Shown here piece after piece: positions 10,112-20,469 of a stretch of 64,000 bases of DNA. The notes beneath the pieces are model-generated. The model was not told the DNA's origin and searched no databases. It worked only from the letters and a program-made list of their open reading frames with translations. Every line of letters begins with the position of its first letter. Position 1 is the stretch's first letter. Source of the DNA: Thermodesulfobacteriota bacterium (lineage in GTDB: Bacteria > Desulfobacterota_D > UBA1144 > Nemesobacterales > Nemesobacteraceae). The position numbers were made by a program, and so were the translations under genes. The stretch is taken from assembly GCA_965202785.1 (NCBI GenBank), contig OZ241855.1, positions 96,001 to 160,000 on the forward strand, read 5' to 3'.

Positions 10112-13100
10112 TTATATGGAGACAAGCTCAACCTGCGGGATAAGGACTATGTGGCGCGAGAGCAGGGGTTTTTCGAATCTTGAGCGTATTGCCTCGCAGT
10201 AACCGTCCATCTGCTCTTCGTAGTCCCTGCTGGCGTCGTCATTTATCGATTTTCTGTACTTGTAGTCGAAAAGACGCATTCCTCCATCCTCTTCCGTCAG
10301 AAGATCTATCCTGCCTCTTTTCGGAGAACCCCTACCGGGACCGAGGGTAAATTTAAGCTCCCTTCTGATTTCCTGAGCCGTACTTATAAAGGAAAAGAGC
10401 TCGGACTCTAGAAAATTCGATGAAAGCTCCAGAAGCAGTTGTTTCATATTAGGGCTTGAGACGAGGAATTCCCCCAGAACAAATTCAATCTCTTTCTCAA
10501 CGGTTTCCTCCCTGAAATCCCAGGTCTCAAGGAACCTGTGCATTATGCTCCCCGCCCTCTCTGGATCCCTTAAGCGGTCGGTCGGGGAAAACAGGTCGGG
10601 AAGCTGGGAGATCTCCACCCGCTTCGGCTTATCCTCCTTGCCGTATATGGGTTCCATGTACTTAAAATCCAGAGGAATTCCAGATTCGAAAGAAGGAGCA
10701 TCCCCGATGGAGTCAGGTTCCTCTGAAATTTCATCTCCATAGAGTCCCGAGAAAGAAATTCCCCAGGTTTTGTCGGTAAACCCTTGGGGCATCTCAAGAC
10801 ATCGCGAAGACAAGGACAGCTTTGAATCAGCAAGTTCCGCGAAGCTGTCTCTTTGCACCCGTATCTGCCTTCTTCCGGCCCTGCCGCTGCCGCTTAAGCA
10901 TATGAAAAGTCCTTTCTTGGCCCGTGTCATGGCCACATAGAGGGCTCTTTTCTCCTCTTCGGCTTCTTTCGCTTCGGCGCGGGATTTAAGATGCTGCCAG
11001 CTGTCCGATGAGAATGCCGGGTACCTGACTATGAATCCTCCTCCTTCGGTATCCGCCATAACCCTCTCGGACGTAACTACCTTTTGGTAGTTCGTATGGC
11101 ACAGAAAAACCGTGTCAAACTCAAGCCCCTTAGCCTTATGCACCGTCATGAGTTTCACGATTCCGCCGTCGTTTATTTCCTCAAACGCCCGTTCTTCCTG
11201 CGAACCGCGAAGCGAATCAAGATGCTCCACCACCTGGTAAAGTCCGTATCCTTGCTGTGAGATAAGATCTTCTGCCTTAAGAAGGAATTTCTTGAGGTTA
11301 AGACGCTTTATCTCACCACCGGGAAGCGCCCGCACCGCAGAGGAATAACCAAGTCCGTTTACAACGAAATCAACCGTGCTGAAAGTGTCTCCGTTAATGT
11401 ATTCCTTTCTTTTCAGATCGAGAAATCTCAGGTATTCCCGGATCCTTACGGCGTTTTTGTCCTCATTCTCTCCCCGGAAATGGGAGAAAAGCTCGTCATC
11501 GGAAGCCCCGAAGTAGGGAGATCTAAGCACGGCCGCCTCCGCGATGAGGTCAAAGGGATCAAGAAAATACCTGAACATGGACATAACGTCCCTTACTTCA
11601 GGGAGGTCGTAGAAATCGCGTCCCATAAGGGACTGGAACCTTATTCCCTCCTCCGTCAGGGCGTTTTCATATATAACCACGTTTGAAGACCTCCTGAACA
11701 GAAGGGCGATCTCTTCTCGGGATGTTTTCTGGAGTTCTTTTATTTTTAAGGCTGCGGCTTTGGCTTCCGCTTCGGCGGATTCCTTGGCGTTTTTACCTTC
11801 GCAGGCAATGATTTCCACGGATATATCAGGGTCGGGGTCGGAGGAGGAAGCTTCCATCGTTTCATAATATTTTTCGGAAAAGGTCCCGGCGAAAAAGAGA
11901 TTGAAAAACTGTATGAGGCTTCCGCGGGAGCGGTAATTGGTCGCAAAGGATATCTTCTCGAAATTCTCATCTTCAAGTATGTTCCCGAATATCTCGGGCT
12001 GGGCGCCCCTGAAACCGTAGACGGACTGGTTAACATCGCCCACCACGATAAGACTGCCGGCCGGGTCTCCCTTCGTAAGAAGTTCCATAAGCTCCAGCTG
12101 AAGAGAGTCGGTATCCTGGAACTCATCAACTATAATAAACTTTAGAAAGTTTCTGTAATAGCCTAATATTTCAGGATTTTCTCTGAGAAGATCGATTGTG
12201 AAGCGTATCATGTCCTCATACTCTATTTTCTCCTCGGAGATTTTCGTCTCCACGAGAAAATCATACGCCTCGCCCGATAAATCAAGGTAAAGAGAATTGA
12301 TCTCAGAGTCATAACGCTCAACCACCGAGAACACACACCTCAAAAGCGCCTGCCTCGATGTCTCGACTTCAGGAGTTTTTCTCTCCTCCTTTATCTGTTC
12401 GTAAACCGCCTGCAGGTGGCGGATGTTGCGGTCAATACCCAGAGTCATATCTGTTTTTTCGCCGAGGTCGCTCAAGATAAGTTTTTTCTTCCTGGAGCCG
12501 GCAGGAAGGATGGAGGCATGCTTCTCAATCAGCCGACGAAGCTTCCCGCCGATTGCTTCGAGTTCATCGGCAGAAGCTTCCCCGTGGCGCGCACCGCCTC
12601 CGTAATGAAGAAAAGGAGGAACCAGGTGCATCTTGGCCGCTTCTTGGAGTATCATCCCTATTATCTTTACAGCCTCGGCGTAATCATAGGATTCCATCTC
12701 AAGCAGTCTCTCAAGGCGGGGGTCGCCCTCTTCTCTCTTTGTCCGAAGGAATTTCCCGATATTGCGTTCGAAAAAGGCCTGCTGGTCCGAATCTTCAATC
12801 ACGGAAAAACTGAATGGAAGTTTGGAATCGAAGATATTCTCCTTAAGTATTTTCGTACAGAAGCCGTGAATCGTCGCTATGGGGGCGGAAAAGAACTTCC
12901 TGCGCCATCCCTCGGTCATGTTTCCTTCGGGTCCGTAGGTGGAGATATATCTCGTGATTTCAGAGCTTATTCTCGATTTGAGTTCCGCCGCGGCCGCTTC
13001 CGTAAAGGTAACGGCCACGATCTGAGGAATATCCGCTTCTCCGCTTTCGAGAATACGAAGATACTTGGCTATGATGGCCCTGGTCTTTCCCGACCCCGCT

Positions 13101-13186
13101 CCTGCCCTGACAGCGACTTTGCCCGCGGGGTGAAGTATCCGGGACTGCTCTTCGTTTAGTTCTAGAAATTCGGAAATCCTGTCCAT
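10112..13186 (-). CDS. addA: AddA-like UvrD helicase / PD-(D/E)XK nuclease
   Basis: AGAGSGKT, VTFTEAAA, VDEFQDT, GDVNQSVYGFRGA, TVHKAKGLEF and YVAMTRA, plus a C-terminal GRIDL...DYK nuclease. Confidence 0.88.
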   Translation of the reverse strand: MDRISEFLELNEEQSRILHPAGKVAVRAGAGSGKTRAIIAKYLRILESGEADIPQIVAVTFTEAAAAELKSRISSEITRYISTYGPEGNMTEGWRRKFFSAPIATIHGFCTKILKENIFDSKLPFSFSVIEDSDQQAFFERNIGKFLRTKREEGDPRLERLLEMESYDYAEAVKIIGMILQEAAKMHLVPPFLHYGGGARHGEASADELEAIGGKLRRLIEKHASILPAGSRKKKLILSDLGEKTDMTLGIDRNIRHLQAVYEQIKEERKTPEVETSRQALLRCVFSVVERYDSEINSLYLDLSGEAYDFLVETKISEEKIEYEDMIRFTIDLLRENPEILGYYRNFLKFIIVDEFQDTDSLQLELMELLTKGDPAGSLIVVGDVNQSVYGFRGAQPEIFGNILEDENFEKISFATNYRSRGSLIQFFNLFFAGTFSEKYYETMEASSSDPDPDISVEIIACEGKNAKESAEAEAKAAALKIKELQKTSREEIALLFRRSSNVVIYENALTEEGIRFQSLMGRDFYDLPEVRDVMSMFRYFLDPFDLIAEAAVLRSPYFGASDDELFSHFRGENEDKNAVRIREYLRFLDLKRKEYINGDTFSTVDFVVNGLGYSSAVRALPGGEIKRLNLKKFLLKAEDLISQQGYGLYQVVEHLDSLRGSQEERAFEEINDGGIVKLMTVHKAKGLEFDTVFLCHTNYQKVVTSERVMADTEGGGFIVRYPAFSSDSWQHLKSRAEAKEAEEEKRALYVAMTRAKKGLFICLSGSGRAGRRQIRVQRDSFAELADSKLSLSSRCLEMPQGFTDKTWGISFSGLYGDEISEEPDSIGDAPSFESGIPLDFKYMEPIYGKEDKPKRVEISQLPDLFSPTDRLRDPERAGSIMHRFLETWDFREETVEKEIEFVLGEFLVSSPNMKQLLLELSSNFLESELFSFISTAQEIRRELKFTLGPGRGSPKRGRIDLLTEEDGGMRLFDYKYRKSINDDASRDYEEQMDGYCEAIRSRFEKPLLSRHIVLIPQVELVSI

Positions 13187-13195
13187 AGTCTGTTC

Positions 13196-16162
13196 TTACA
13201 AGCGGCCGGTCTTTCTGGTCACCCCGTCTTTAACCCTGCAAAGATCCCTGTAGTCGCAGTAGGAACAGGGACGGTTCTTTGACATGTAGAGAGCATGTTC
13301 CTCCTGGTCAAGCTCCTTTTTCCCCACGTAGGGAGGAAAAAAGCCGTTTTTTATGCACTTTATGTAATGGTGGCTGAGTGAAACCGCCTCATCAAAAGAA
13401 GAGTCCTTGGGCAAAGAGCTGTTGTCCGCAGGCCTGCTGATTGAAAGATAGCGGCCCCAAGAGGGAACAAAGCCCTCCTCGCACAGCGCTCTCAGGTAAA
13501 GCGGGAGCTGCAGATTTTCAAAATCAAAATATTTTCTGTCCCGCACCCTTCCGATCTTGTAATCAATAACCGCGACGTTCCGCTTGTGAACGTCGACCCT
13601 GTCCACTTTCCCTCTTATTACCGCGTCGGCTATGCGGAACTCCACTTCCTTTTCAAAAAACCGGGGAGCGTGCTCATCTTTTTCGATCCTTAAAACCTCG
13701 TCCATTATAAAATTCGGCAAGATACGCTCAAAAAATCTCTTCTTCTCAATTTCCGCAACGCTTTTCGGAAGATGGGAGAAAACGCCGGGCTTGGCTTCAT
13801 GTTTCTTTTTTATGTCCTCATAAGCGTCAAGAAACCGGTCGGCCTCAACAGAACCGGAGCCCTCGGCGAAAACAGTTTCCATCAGCTCTTTCAGCATATT
13901 GTGAGCGAGCGAACCCAGGTCAAGCTGGGAAGCCCTTTGCTCATCGACATCTCCAAGCGCCTTGAGCCCGAGCACTCTCTTGGAAAAATACTTGAATGGG
14001 CACGTCCCATACTCCTCAAGCTCGGTGGGCGAGAAAGAATCCCGTTTTGGAGGAGTGCTGCGGAGAACCCCTTCAAAGCCTGTATAGGCCCCTGTGATCT
14101 CCAGTCTCTGCCTCTCAGCGGAAATACCGCCGGAGAGATGAGCGACTATATCGGAACCATAGTGCTGCTTGAGGATATCTGCAATGTTCGGGTCTCCATA
14201 ACCCGCACCAGAGGGCGAAAAGCAGTGAAACAGAACATCCTCCCTTGAAAATGCCTCAGAGCGCGGAGTTACAGGAGAAACCTCCATTCCCTCAAGGAAA
14301 TCGGAGCGGGCTATCTCCTTTGATCTCTCGTCGTAGCGGAAGCGGGAGAGAAACATCTTCTCGGAAGCCGAAACGCTGAGAGTGAAAAAGATATGCTTTT
14401 CCTTCTCGTAATGGAGACCTTCTTCGTCAAACACCCTTTTTCCAAGCGCTCTGTTTATCTCCGCTTTCTCCCTGGGTTTCAGCACGGGGTCTGCCGCGGG
14501 AAGAGACGGAAAAGAAGCATCCGAAAGACCCAGAAGGAAAAGAAACCCGGGGTTTATGCCGCGGGCCGCGGAAAAATCAATGACGCTTACCCTTTCCGAA
14601 TCGGTATCGCAGGGAGTTTTATATGGAACTGTCCTCTCCCCCATAAACTCATCCAGAAGAAAAAGATATTCTCCGGAGTCAGAAACCCGGAAATCAAACT
14701 CACCGTAAGAAAAGGAAAGCTCCCTCAGAAAAGAGAAAAACTCATCGAAACACTCTCTGGTAGTTTTATTTTCCTCTATAAGCAACGCAGAGCTCTCAGA
14801 AACCCTGAGTTCCGAGAATATCTCCCTTAGATCAGAGGTCATCGCGGCAAAGCTCCTTCTGCCGAATTTCGACGATACGGAATCAAGCACAAAGGCTATA
14901 TCACGGGCAACTGAAGACATCCGGCCGTCCTGCTCCGCTATGTGCTCCAAGATCCTCTTCCAGCCCGTAATGCCGCTTACGGTCCTGTATTTCAGGTCCG
15001 CGGAGGAGAGCTCCTTTATCATGTTAACGCAACGGTGCGAGGATTCAGACTCTCCCAGGTAGAGGGCAAAAAACGGGTCGTGAAGAAGCCCCATCAGATC
15101 GTTTCTGTGAAAATTTCCTGATTTGAGGCGCAGGATATCACCCGCAAGGCGTCCGTATAGACTTCCCGCTAAGGTCCCGGAATTCCTGAGATCGACCGCA
15201 ACCCCGTTTTTCTCGAACGTATTGACTATGGATCGGCCGCGCTTCTGTGCTGACCTCACAAGAACCTTAAAATCAGAGGCCTTGTACTCCCCATCCAATA
15301 TGAGCTTCTTGATCGTCTTTGAGACATATTCAATTTCGTCGTGAGAGTCGCGAAACTCGTTGAGCTCCCTTTTTGTCTCGCCTCCCGGAATTTCCTCCGT
15401 CATCGTGAAATCTTCTTCATAGGCCATGGAGACTTCGCGAAGTCCGTTTAGAAAGCTGTCTCTGTATTCATCCAGATCGCCGAAATCGCTTAGGAAGAAG
15501 AAGGTTTCTGAAACCGCCGAGGAGAGGCTCTTTATCACGTCAAGTTCGCAGAGGGTAAAATCGGAGAAACCGAAAACCACGAGTCTCTTTGCAGACGGGA
15601 AAAACGGAGCAAGCCCTTCTCCGTCCAGCTCTTCTGAAACGGCACGGACAGAATCCGCGTCATCGAGAAAGCCTCTTTCCGCCACGAGTGCTTCGTATTT
15701 TCTGTAAACAAGCCCTATATCCGAGAGTTTTTTGCGAAGAGCACGCGCCTTGATTCTCTTAGTGGACCCCAAAAACTCCTCCATGGAAACTTTGCTTTGC
15801 TTAAGTTTTGAAAGGATGGAAGCTGCGGAGTTAAGAAAGTCCCGGTTCTGCGAGAATTCCCTGAAAACCTTAAGATCCTCCGAGACCAATTCCGCTGCTT
15901 TTCTGGTCACAGATAAGGTCTGGGTCCTTGATATCCTTTTCTTTTTTAGGTTCGGGGATGCCTCGTTTACAAAATCCGAAAGCTCATTGAAAGTAAGCAG
16001 GTTTTTTCCCCATACCCCTTCCCTAGAGTAATAATCTTCTATTTCCTGTACAACCGAGATGCCGGGGAGAAGGAAGAGGGTTGTCTCATCACTTGGGTTA
16101 AGCCCATGTTTTCTGAAAAGGCTTTTAAAAGTGAATTCTTTGGGGTGATATATTAGTTTCAT
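13196..16162 (-). CDS. addB: AddB-like partner subunit with PD-(D/E)XK nuclease and Fe-S cysteines
   Basis: SPTELEEYGTCPFKYF, GKVDRVD, IDYK, LQLPLY and CSYCDYRDLC. Lies directly upstream of addA. Confidence 0.85.
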   Translation of the reverse strand: MKLIYHPKEFTFKSLFRKHGLNPSDETTLFLLPGISVVQEIEDYYSREGVWGKNLLTFNELSDFVNEASPNLKKKRISRTQTLSVTRKAAELVSEDLKVFREFSQNRDFLNSAASILSKLKQSKVSMEEFLGSTKRIKARALRKKLSDIGLVYRKYEALVAERGFLDDADSVRAVSEELDGEGLAPFFPSAKRLVVFGFSDFTLCELDVIKSLSSAVSETFFFLSDFGDLDEYRDSFLNGLREVSMAYEEDFTMTEEIPGGETKRELNEFRDSHDEIEYVSKTIKKLILDGEYKASDFKVLVRSAQKRGRSIVNTFEKNGVAVDLRNSGTLAGSLYGRLAGDILRLKSGNFHRNDLMGLLHDPFFALYLGESESSHRCVNMIKELSSADLKYRTVSGITGWKRILEHIAEQDGRMSSVARDIAFVLDSVSSKFGRRSFAAMTSDLREIFSELRVSESSALLIEENKTTRECFDEFFSFLRELSFSYGEFDFRVSDSGEYLFLLDEFMGERTVPYKTPCDTDSERVSVIDFSAARGINPGFLFLLGLSDASFPSLPAADPVLKPREKAEINRALGKRVFDEEGLHYEKEKHIFFTLSVSASEKMFLSRFRYDERSKEIARSDFLEGMEVSPVTPRSEAFSREDVLFHCFSPSGAGYGDPNIADILKQHYGSDIVAHLSGGISAERQRLEITGAYTGFEGVLRSTPPKRDSFSPTELEEYGTCPFKYFSKRVLGLKALGDVDEQRASQLDLGSLAHNMLKELMETVFAEGSGSVEADRFLDAYEDIKKKHEAKPGVFSHLPKSVAEIEKKRFFERILPNFIMDEVLRIEKDEHAPRFFEKEVEFRIADAVIRGKVDRVDVHKRNVAVIDYKIGRVRDRKYFDFENLQLPLYLRALCEEGFVPSWGRYLSISRPADNSSLPKDSSFDEAVSLSHHYIKCIKNGFFPPYVGKKELDQEEHALYMSKNRPCSYCDYRDLCRVKDGVTRKTGRL

Positions 16163-16293
16163 CTAGGAAAGAGTTATTGGAAACCTGTAAGAAAGGCCAC
16201 TTCTTAACTTACGACTGAAACTCTCTAAGAGACAGAGACCCTCGCAAAATTCAGGCTTCGAAAAACCCCCGACACTATTCTATAAAAATACGC

Positions 16294-16587
16294 TCACCGC
16301 AATTCGAGTTTTAAAGAGCGTCCTAAAACTCGTGCTGCACGTGACAAAACACCAAGCGTTACCCTGTCATTCTCCGGATCAAGAAGCCGGTCGAGTTGCG
16401 AGCGACTTGTTTTGAGCCGTCTAGCCATCTCCACCTTTGTGATATTCTGTTCCTTCATAATTTGGACAATCTGGAATGCCAGAACTCGCTTTACTGCCTG
16501 CTCGGTTGTTTCTTCATAAGTTCCTTGCTCTTTAAGAAAATCCTCAAACAGGGCACCAATTTTTCCTTTCTCAACTTTATTAGTCAT
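16294..16587 (-). CDS. XRE/HTH antitoxin (HigA-like)
   Basis: IGALFEDFLKEQG...MARRLKTSRSQLDRLLDP. Overlaps the toxin stop codon by 4 nt. Confidence 0.85.
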   Translation of the reverse strand: MTNKVEKGKIGALFEDFLKEQGTYEETTEQAVKRVLAFQIVQIMKEQNITKVEMARRLKTSRSQLDRLLDPENDRVTLGVLSRAARVLGRSLKLELR

Positions 16588-16934
16588 TTCAGACCACTCA
16601 TCCTCCTCCGCGCAATATCAAGTTCGCTAACGGGCGTCTTCTGCGTTTTCTTGATGAACCCATGCAAAAGCACCATTGCCCCATCATGCACACAGAACAA
16701 TACACGAGCAATACGACCATTCGATAGATTCGTTCTGATTTCCCATAACCCCTTGTGGCCTTTGATTGAACGGCATAGCGGCATTCCAATGGGCCACCCA
16801 AACTCGGCCGTGCGTATATCGTCACCAATTACCTTACGGTCCTTGGAACTGAGAGACAAAAGCCATTTACGAACCGGTACTCTACCTATATCAGATTCAA
16901 AAAACCTTGCCGGAAGCCGTTTCTCGTCCGCCAT
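16584..16934 (-). CDS. RelE/HigB-like toxin (Gp49/DUF891 type)
   Basis: PVRKWL, GWPIGMPLCR, GLWEIR and LLHGFIKKTQKTP. Start set at the ATG at 16934. Confidence 0.88.
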   Translation of the reverse strand: MADEKRLPARFFESDIGRVPVRKWLLSLSSKDRKVIGDDIRTAEFGWPIGMPLCRSIKGHKGLWEIRTNLSNGRIARVLFCVHDGAMVLLHGFIKKTQKTPVSELDIARRRMSGLK

Positions 16935-16940
16935 TTTAAT

Positions 16941-16958
16941 TGTACCAAATAAAGTACA
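16941..16958. promoter_or_regulatory. putative TA autoregulatory operator
   Basis: TGTAC-N8-GTACA immediately upstream of the toxin start. Confidence 0.5.
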
Positions 16959-17094
16959 TTTTGCAAGCACCTGCCGTTAGAAAGAAACAAGCATCTCCTT
17001 AGAATCGTTCTATTCATATGAGATATGGCAGTATCAAGCCCAATTGCCTGATTATGAATAGCAATTACAGTTTCGACAAATAAACAGTCCCTGT

Positions 17095-17343
17095 CTATTT
17101 GTCTTTCAGGTAGTCCAAGATTGACTTATTTTTAGCTATGCTCTTCTCAATAGCCGGATCAACTTCGTCGGCATCAGCAAGTTTAAAGTCGGTTTTGTGC
17201 ACAGCGGATGCAGGCACAAAATAGCCTTCTAGCTTGTCACCGTTCAAGATGGCTACCGGCTTATGACCGGCTTTTTTGATCATCTTTTTTGGATCCTTAA
17301 GCTCGCTCAATGAAACGGTTTCGGCGGTCAATAGGTTTTTCAT
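17095..17343 (-). CDS. Phd/YefM/StbD-family antitoxin (orphan)
   Basis: MKNLLTAETVSLSELK...PVAILN...EGYFVPA matches the StbD-like pattern. Confidence 0.75.
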   Translation of the reverse strand: MKNLLTAETVSLSELKDPKKMIKKAGHKPVAILNGDKLEGYFVPASAVHKTDFKLADADEVDPAIEKSIAKNKSILDYLKDK

Positions 17344-17388
17344 AGTGCTATGGGTTCCCCTCCAGACAGAATCTGTAATAAGCACATC

Positions 17389-17850
17389 TCAAGAAGGATT
17401 TTTCTCTACAGGCAAGTTTTCCAGCCTTTCCGGAATCCCCTGAAGAATATGGATCTTCTTCGCCTTCATGATGTTCTTGCGCTTGGAAAGAAAATGCCTT
17501 TTATGCTTGCTGTAGCGACCCCAGATTCTTACCCTGCTCCCGTTCTCAATGCCTTCCACGAACCCTCTGGCGTAAATGTTTATTCTTCTTTCCGGATCAC
17601 TCTCAAAAAACTGAAACAGGGTGAACTTTCTTCCGTTCGCCATTTTCTTAAACCGCAGGTCACCCACCTGCCCCTCAAGGATAAATATTTTCCTGTCAAA
17701 CTCATCGCGGGAGGAGAGAACCTGCGAGATGGTTACAGCCGGCGGTTCAAGCTCCCCCATATCGGTATAGGTCTTGTAAATCTCTTCTTTTCCGTAAGAA
17801 GAAACCGGAACCGCTAAAAAAAGCAGAAAAACTAAAAGAATTTTCCTCAT
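17389..17850 (-). CDS. exported hypothetical protein, possibly OB-fold
   Basis: Signal peptide MRKILLVFLLFLAVPVSSYG, followed by beta-rich segments (ILEGQV, GSRVRIWGRY). Confidence 0.6.
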   Translation of the reverse strand: MRKILLVFLLFLAVPVSSYGKEEIYKTYTDMGELEPPAVTISQVLSSRDEFDRKIFILEGQVGDLRFKKMANGRKFTLFQFFESDPERRINIYARGFVEGIENGSRVRIWGRYSKHKRHFLSKRKNIMKAKKIHILQGIPERLENLPVEKNPS

Positions 17851-17906
17851 TCTTCCAACCGCCGAAAATACTCTGTACCACCAAGCGGCCATCCGGGCCC
17901 ATGGCG

Positions 17907-19295
17907 CTACGAAGTCGGCTTCGTCATCGACAGCGGGTCAAGGACCCTGTCAAGTTCCTCGTCTGAAAGCACTCCCTTTTTCCTGGCAACTTCCCTTACG
18001 GTGCTCCCCGAAGCGTAGGCTTCCTTCGCGATCGCAGCCGCGTTGTCATAACCTATGATCGGCGCTAGGCTGGTGCACATGGCGAGGCTCTGCTCGATGA
18101 TCTCCCCACAGCGCTCCTCGTCCGCCTCTATTGCGGAGATGCACTTGTCGACAAACACGGTGGAGACTCTCGAGAGAAGCCTTATCGACTGAAGGAGGTT
18201 GTCCGCCATCATAGGCATCATCACGTTAAGCTCGAAATTCCCCGACTGCCCTCCGATAGTTATCGCCGCGTCGTTTCCGATTACCTGGGCCGCTACCTGC
18301 GTAACCGACTCCCCGATCACCGGGTTAACCTTCCCGGGCATAATGGACGAACCAGGCTGTATCGCGGGCAGAAGAATCTCCCCGAAGCCGCAACGCGGGC
18401 CGCTTCCAAGCCACCGTATGTCGTTTGCTATCTTAATGAGGCTCACCGAAACCGTCTTAAGCGCTCCGCTTGTCTGGACAACCGCGTCCTTTGACGCCTG
18501 GGCCTCGAAATGATTTTTCGCCTCCCTGAACTTAACCCCCGTAGCCTCGCTTATCCTTGCCGCCACCTTCTTTCCGAAATCCTTGTGGGTGTTTATCCCC
18601 GTGCCGACCGCGGTTCCGCCTATGGCAAGCTCCGAAAGGTCGTTTCTTATCCCCTTTAATCTCGAGATTCCGTGATCGACCATGCTCGCGTACCCGCTGA
18701 ACTCCTGGCCGAGCCGTATCGGGGTGGCGTCCATAAGGTGGGTGCGCCCTATCTTCACTATGCGGTCAAACTCCTTTGCCTTTTTAGAGAGAGCGTCTCG
18801 AAGGTACTCAAGGGACGGTATGAGGTCTTTTTCTATCGCCTCAAGGGAAGAGACATGCATGGCCGTGGGGATCACGTCATTGCTTGACTGACCCATGTTC
18901 ACGTGGTCGTTCGGATGCACCCGGGTCTTTCCCTTGAGCATCTCGGTCGCCCTGTTGGCTATCACTTCATTCGTGTTCATGTTGGTCGAGGTGCCGGAAC
19001 CCGTCTGGAAGACGTCCACCACGAAATGATCGTCAAGCTTTCCGTCGACAACCTCCTGAGCGGCTCTCGCTATGGCCCGCGCCGCGCCCTTCTTCAGATA
19101 TCCGAGTTCTGCGTTTGTATGCGCGGCGGCCAGCTTCACAAGACCCATCGCCCTTATGAACTCCCTTGGAAGAGTGCGTCCGCTTATGGGGAAATTCTCA
19201 ACCGCCCTTGCCGTCTGCGCCCCGTAGTAAGCGTCCGAGGGAACTTTCATCTTTCCCATCGAGTCGGATTCCACCCTGTATTTCGTCTTAGCCAT
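17907..19295 (-). CDS. fumC: class II fumarate hydratase
   Basis: FQTGSGTSTNMN, GQSSND, KIGRTHLMDATP and the signature GSSIMPGKVNP. Confidence 0.97.
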   Translation of the reverse strand: MAKTKYRVESDSMGKMKVPSDAYYGAQTARAVENFPISGRTLPREFIRAMGLVKLAAAHTNAELGYLKKGAARAIARAAQEVVDGKLDDHFVVDVFQTGSGTSTNMNTNEVIANRATEMLKGKTRVHPNDHVNMGQSSNDVIPTAMHVSSLEAIEKDLIPSLEYLRDALSKKAKEFDRIVKIGRTHLMDATPIRLGQEFSGYASMVDHGISRLKGIRNDLSELAIGGTAVGTGINTHKDFGKKVAARISEATGVKFREAKNHFEAQASKDAVVQTSGALKTVSVSLIKIANDIRWLGSGPRCGFGEILLPAIQPGSSIMPGKVNPVIGESVTQVAAQVIGNDAAITIGGQSGNFELNVMMPMMADNLLQSIRLLSRVSTVFVDKCISAIEADEERCGEIIEQSLAMCTSLAPIIGYDNAAAIAKEAYASGSTVREVARKKGVLSDEELDRVLDPLSMTKPTS

Positions 19296-19657
19296 TTAAG
19301 ATTCCCTCCAAATAATTGTCAATTTGAGTCAAGGGATTTATTATGCCACAAACAAAACCGGTTTCATAAGACGAGAGGGGGTTCGAGGCATTTACGCCGT
19401 AACGATTCCGGGGTTGTGGCTTCTGCGGGGGACAGCAGTTTTCGCTTCCGAATGCCCGAGTCACACGATCCGTACCGACAGTAAAACGGCTTCACGAGCA
19501 ACGCGCGGTCGTAGGCTGCACGCTGCTATTCGGGGACTCGGCTATGTACATGGGCGGCGACGGACTGATATTCGAGGAAGGCGTTGGAGCGGGAGGGGAT
19601 AAGAATCAGCATGAACGGGACATTTCGACCCATGGAGTCTGTCGCGTTCGCCATAAT

Positions 19658-20104
19658 TCAGTCTTTAACCAAGGCTGCAGCGGCCTCAGGAAGAGACAAT
19701 ACCATGTTTGAAAACCGCTCTGACCGGTGCTCAGACACCTTGCGCCTAAAATGGTTGTCGGCGGTTATGAATTGCCAGCCTCTTTCCAAGGCTAACGCCA
19801 GATAAAGACTGTCATACGCGGGATGATCAAGCTCAACAGCAAGAGCAGTTGCGGAACCAAGCAAGTGACGGGTCGGCAGAAGTTCAATTTCCCCCTGTTC
19901 GAGAACCTGCGCTCCGACCATGGCTTCGTCCTCGGAAAGTTCGTTCAGCCTTACTTTTTTCCACAGGATATTGGCGCATTCCGCAATCAAAAGGTCCGGC
20001 GCATATAATCGGGCATTCCCAAGAATGGTCAGGGCTTCGTCAGTCCCCTCTTCATCCACCACCCACTTGACCGCAACACTGGCATCCACAACGTAGCGGT
20101 TCAC
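19658..20104 (-). CDS. VapC/FitB-family PIN domain toxin
   Basis: YVVDASVAVKW, ECANILWK, YDSLYLALA and ITAD. Confidence 0.9.
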   Translation of the reverse strand: MNRYVVDASVAVKWVVDEEGTDEALTILGNARLYAPDLLIAECANILWKKVRLNELSEDEAMVGAQVLEQGEIELLPTRHLLGSATALAVELDHPAYDSLYLALALERGWQFITADNHFRRKVSEHRSERFSNMVLSLPEAAAALVKD

Positions 20105-20340
20105 CGCTTCTTGCGTCCTTCACGTAAAAGATCTTCCGCGGGGGTGTGCTTGCGGCCTCTGGTCATCCGTCGGAGTTTGGCCGCAATCTCCTTAAACGCG
20201 GGTTCAGTCTCGGCGGAAAGTGCCTGACGCAGAATTTCCCGATGTTCAGCCTCCGCCGAACGCCCGTGGCGCGCCGCACGGCGTTTGAGACGAATTACAA
20301 GATCATCATCGACATTTCGAACATGCAGACTTGCAGGCAT
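20101..20340 (-). CDS. FitA-like ribbon-helix-helix antitoxin
   Basis: ASLHVRNVDD...LKRRAARHGRSAEAEHREIL. Confidence 0.9.
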   Translation of the reverse strand: MPASLHVRNVDDDLVIRLKRRAARHGRSAEAEHREILRQALSAETEPAFKEIAAKLRRMTRGRKHTPAEDLLREGRKKR

Positions 20341-20359
20341 GAGACAACTCCTTATGTAT

Positions 20360-20382
20360 ATATGCTATCAATGATAGCATAT
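20360..20382. promoter_or_regulatory. FitA-type operator palindrome
   Basis: Perfect palindrome ATATGCTATCA-A-TGATAGCATAT upstream of the antitoxin. TGCTATCA/TGATAGCA are the half-sites known for Neisseria FitAB. Confidence 0.8.
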
Positions 20383-20469
20383 TTTTCCGCTTCTTCAAAT
20401 CACCCTCAATGGGATATATGAGGATTGTAATTTCATTAGATACAACGGCTGACGCAAACAATCAGGAAG

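Noticed and set aside
19324-19805. Short plus-strand ORFs between fumC and the PIN toxin
   Set aside because: No recognisable family, weak start signals and partial overlap with the toxin gene. Possibly debris.
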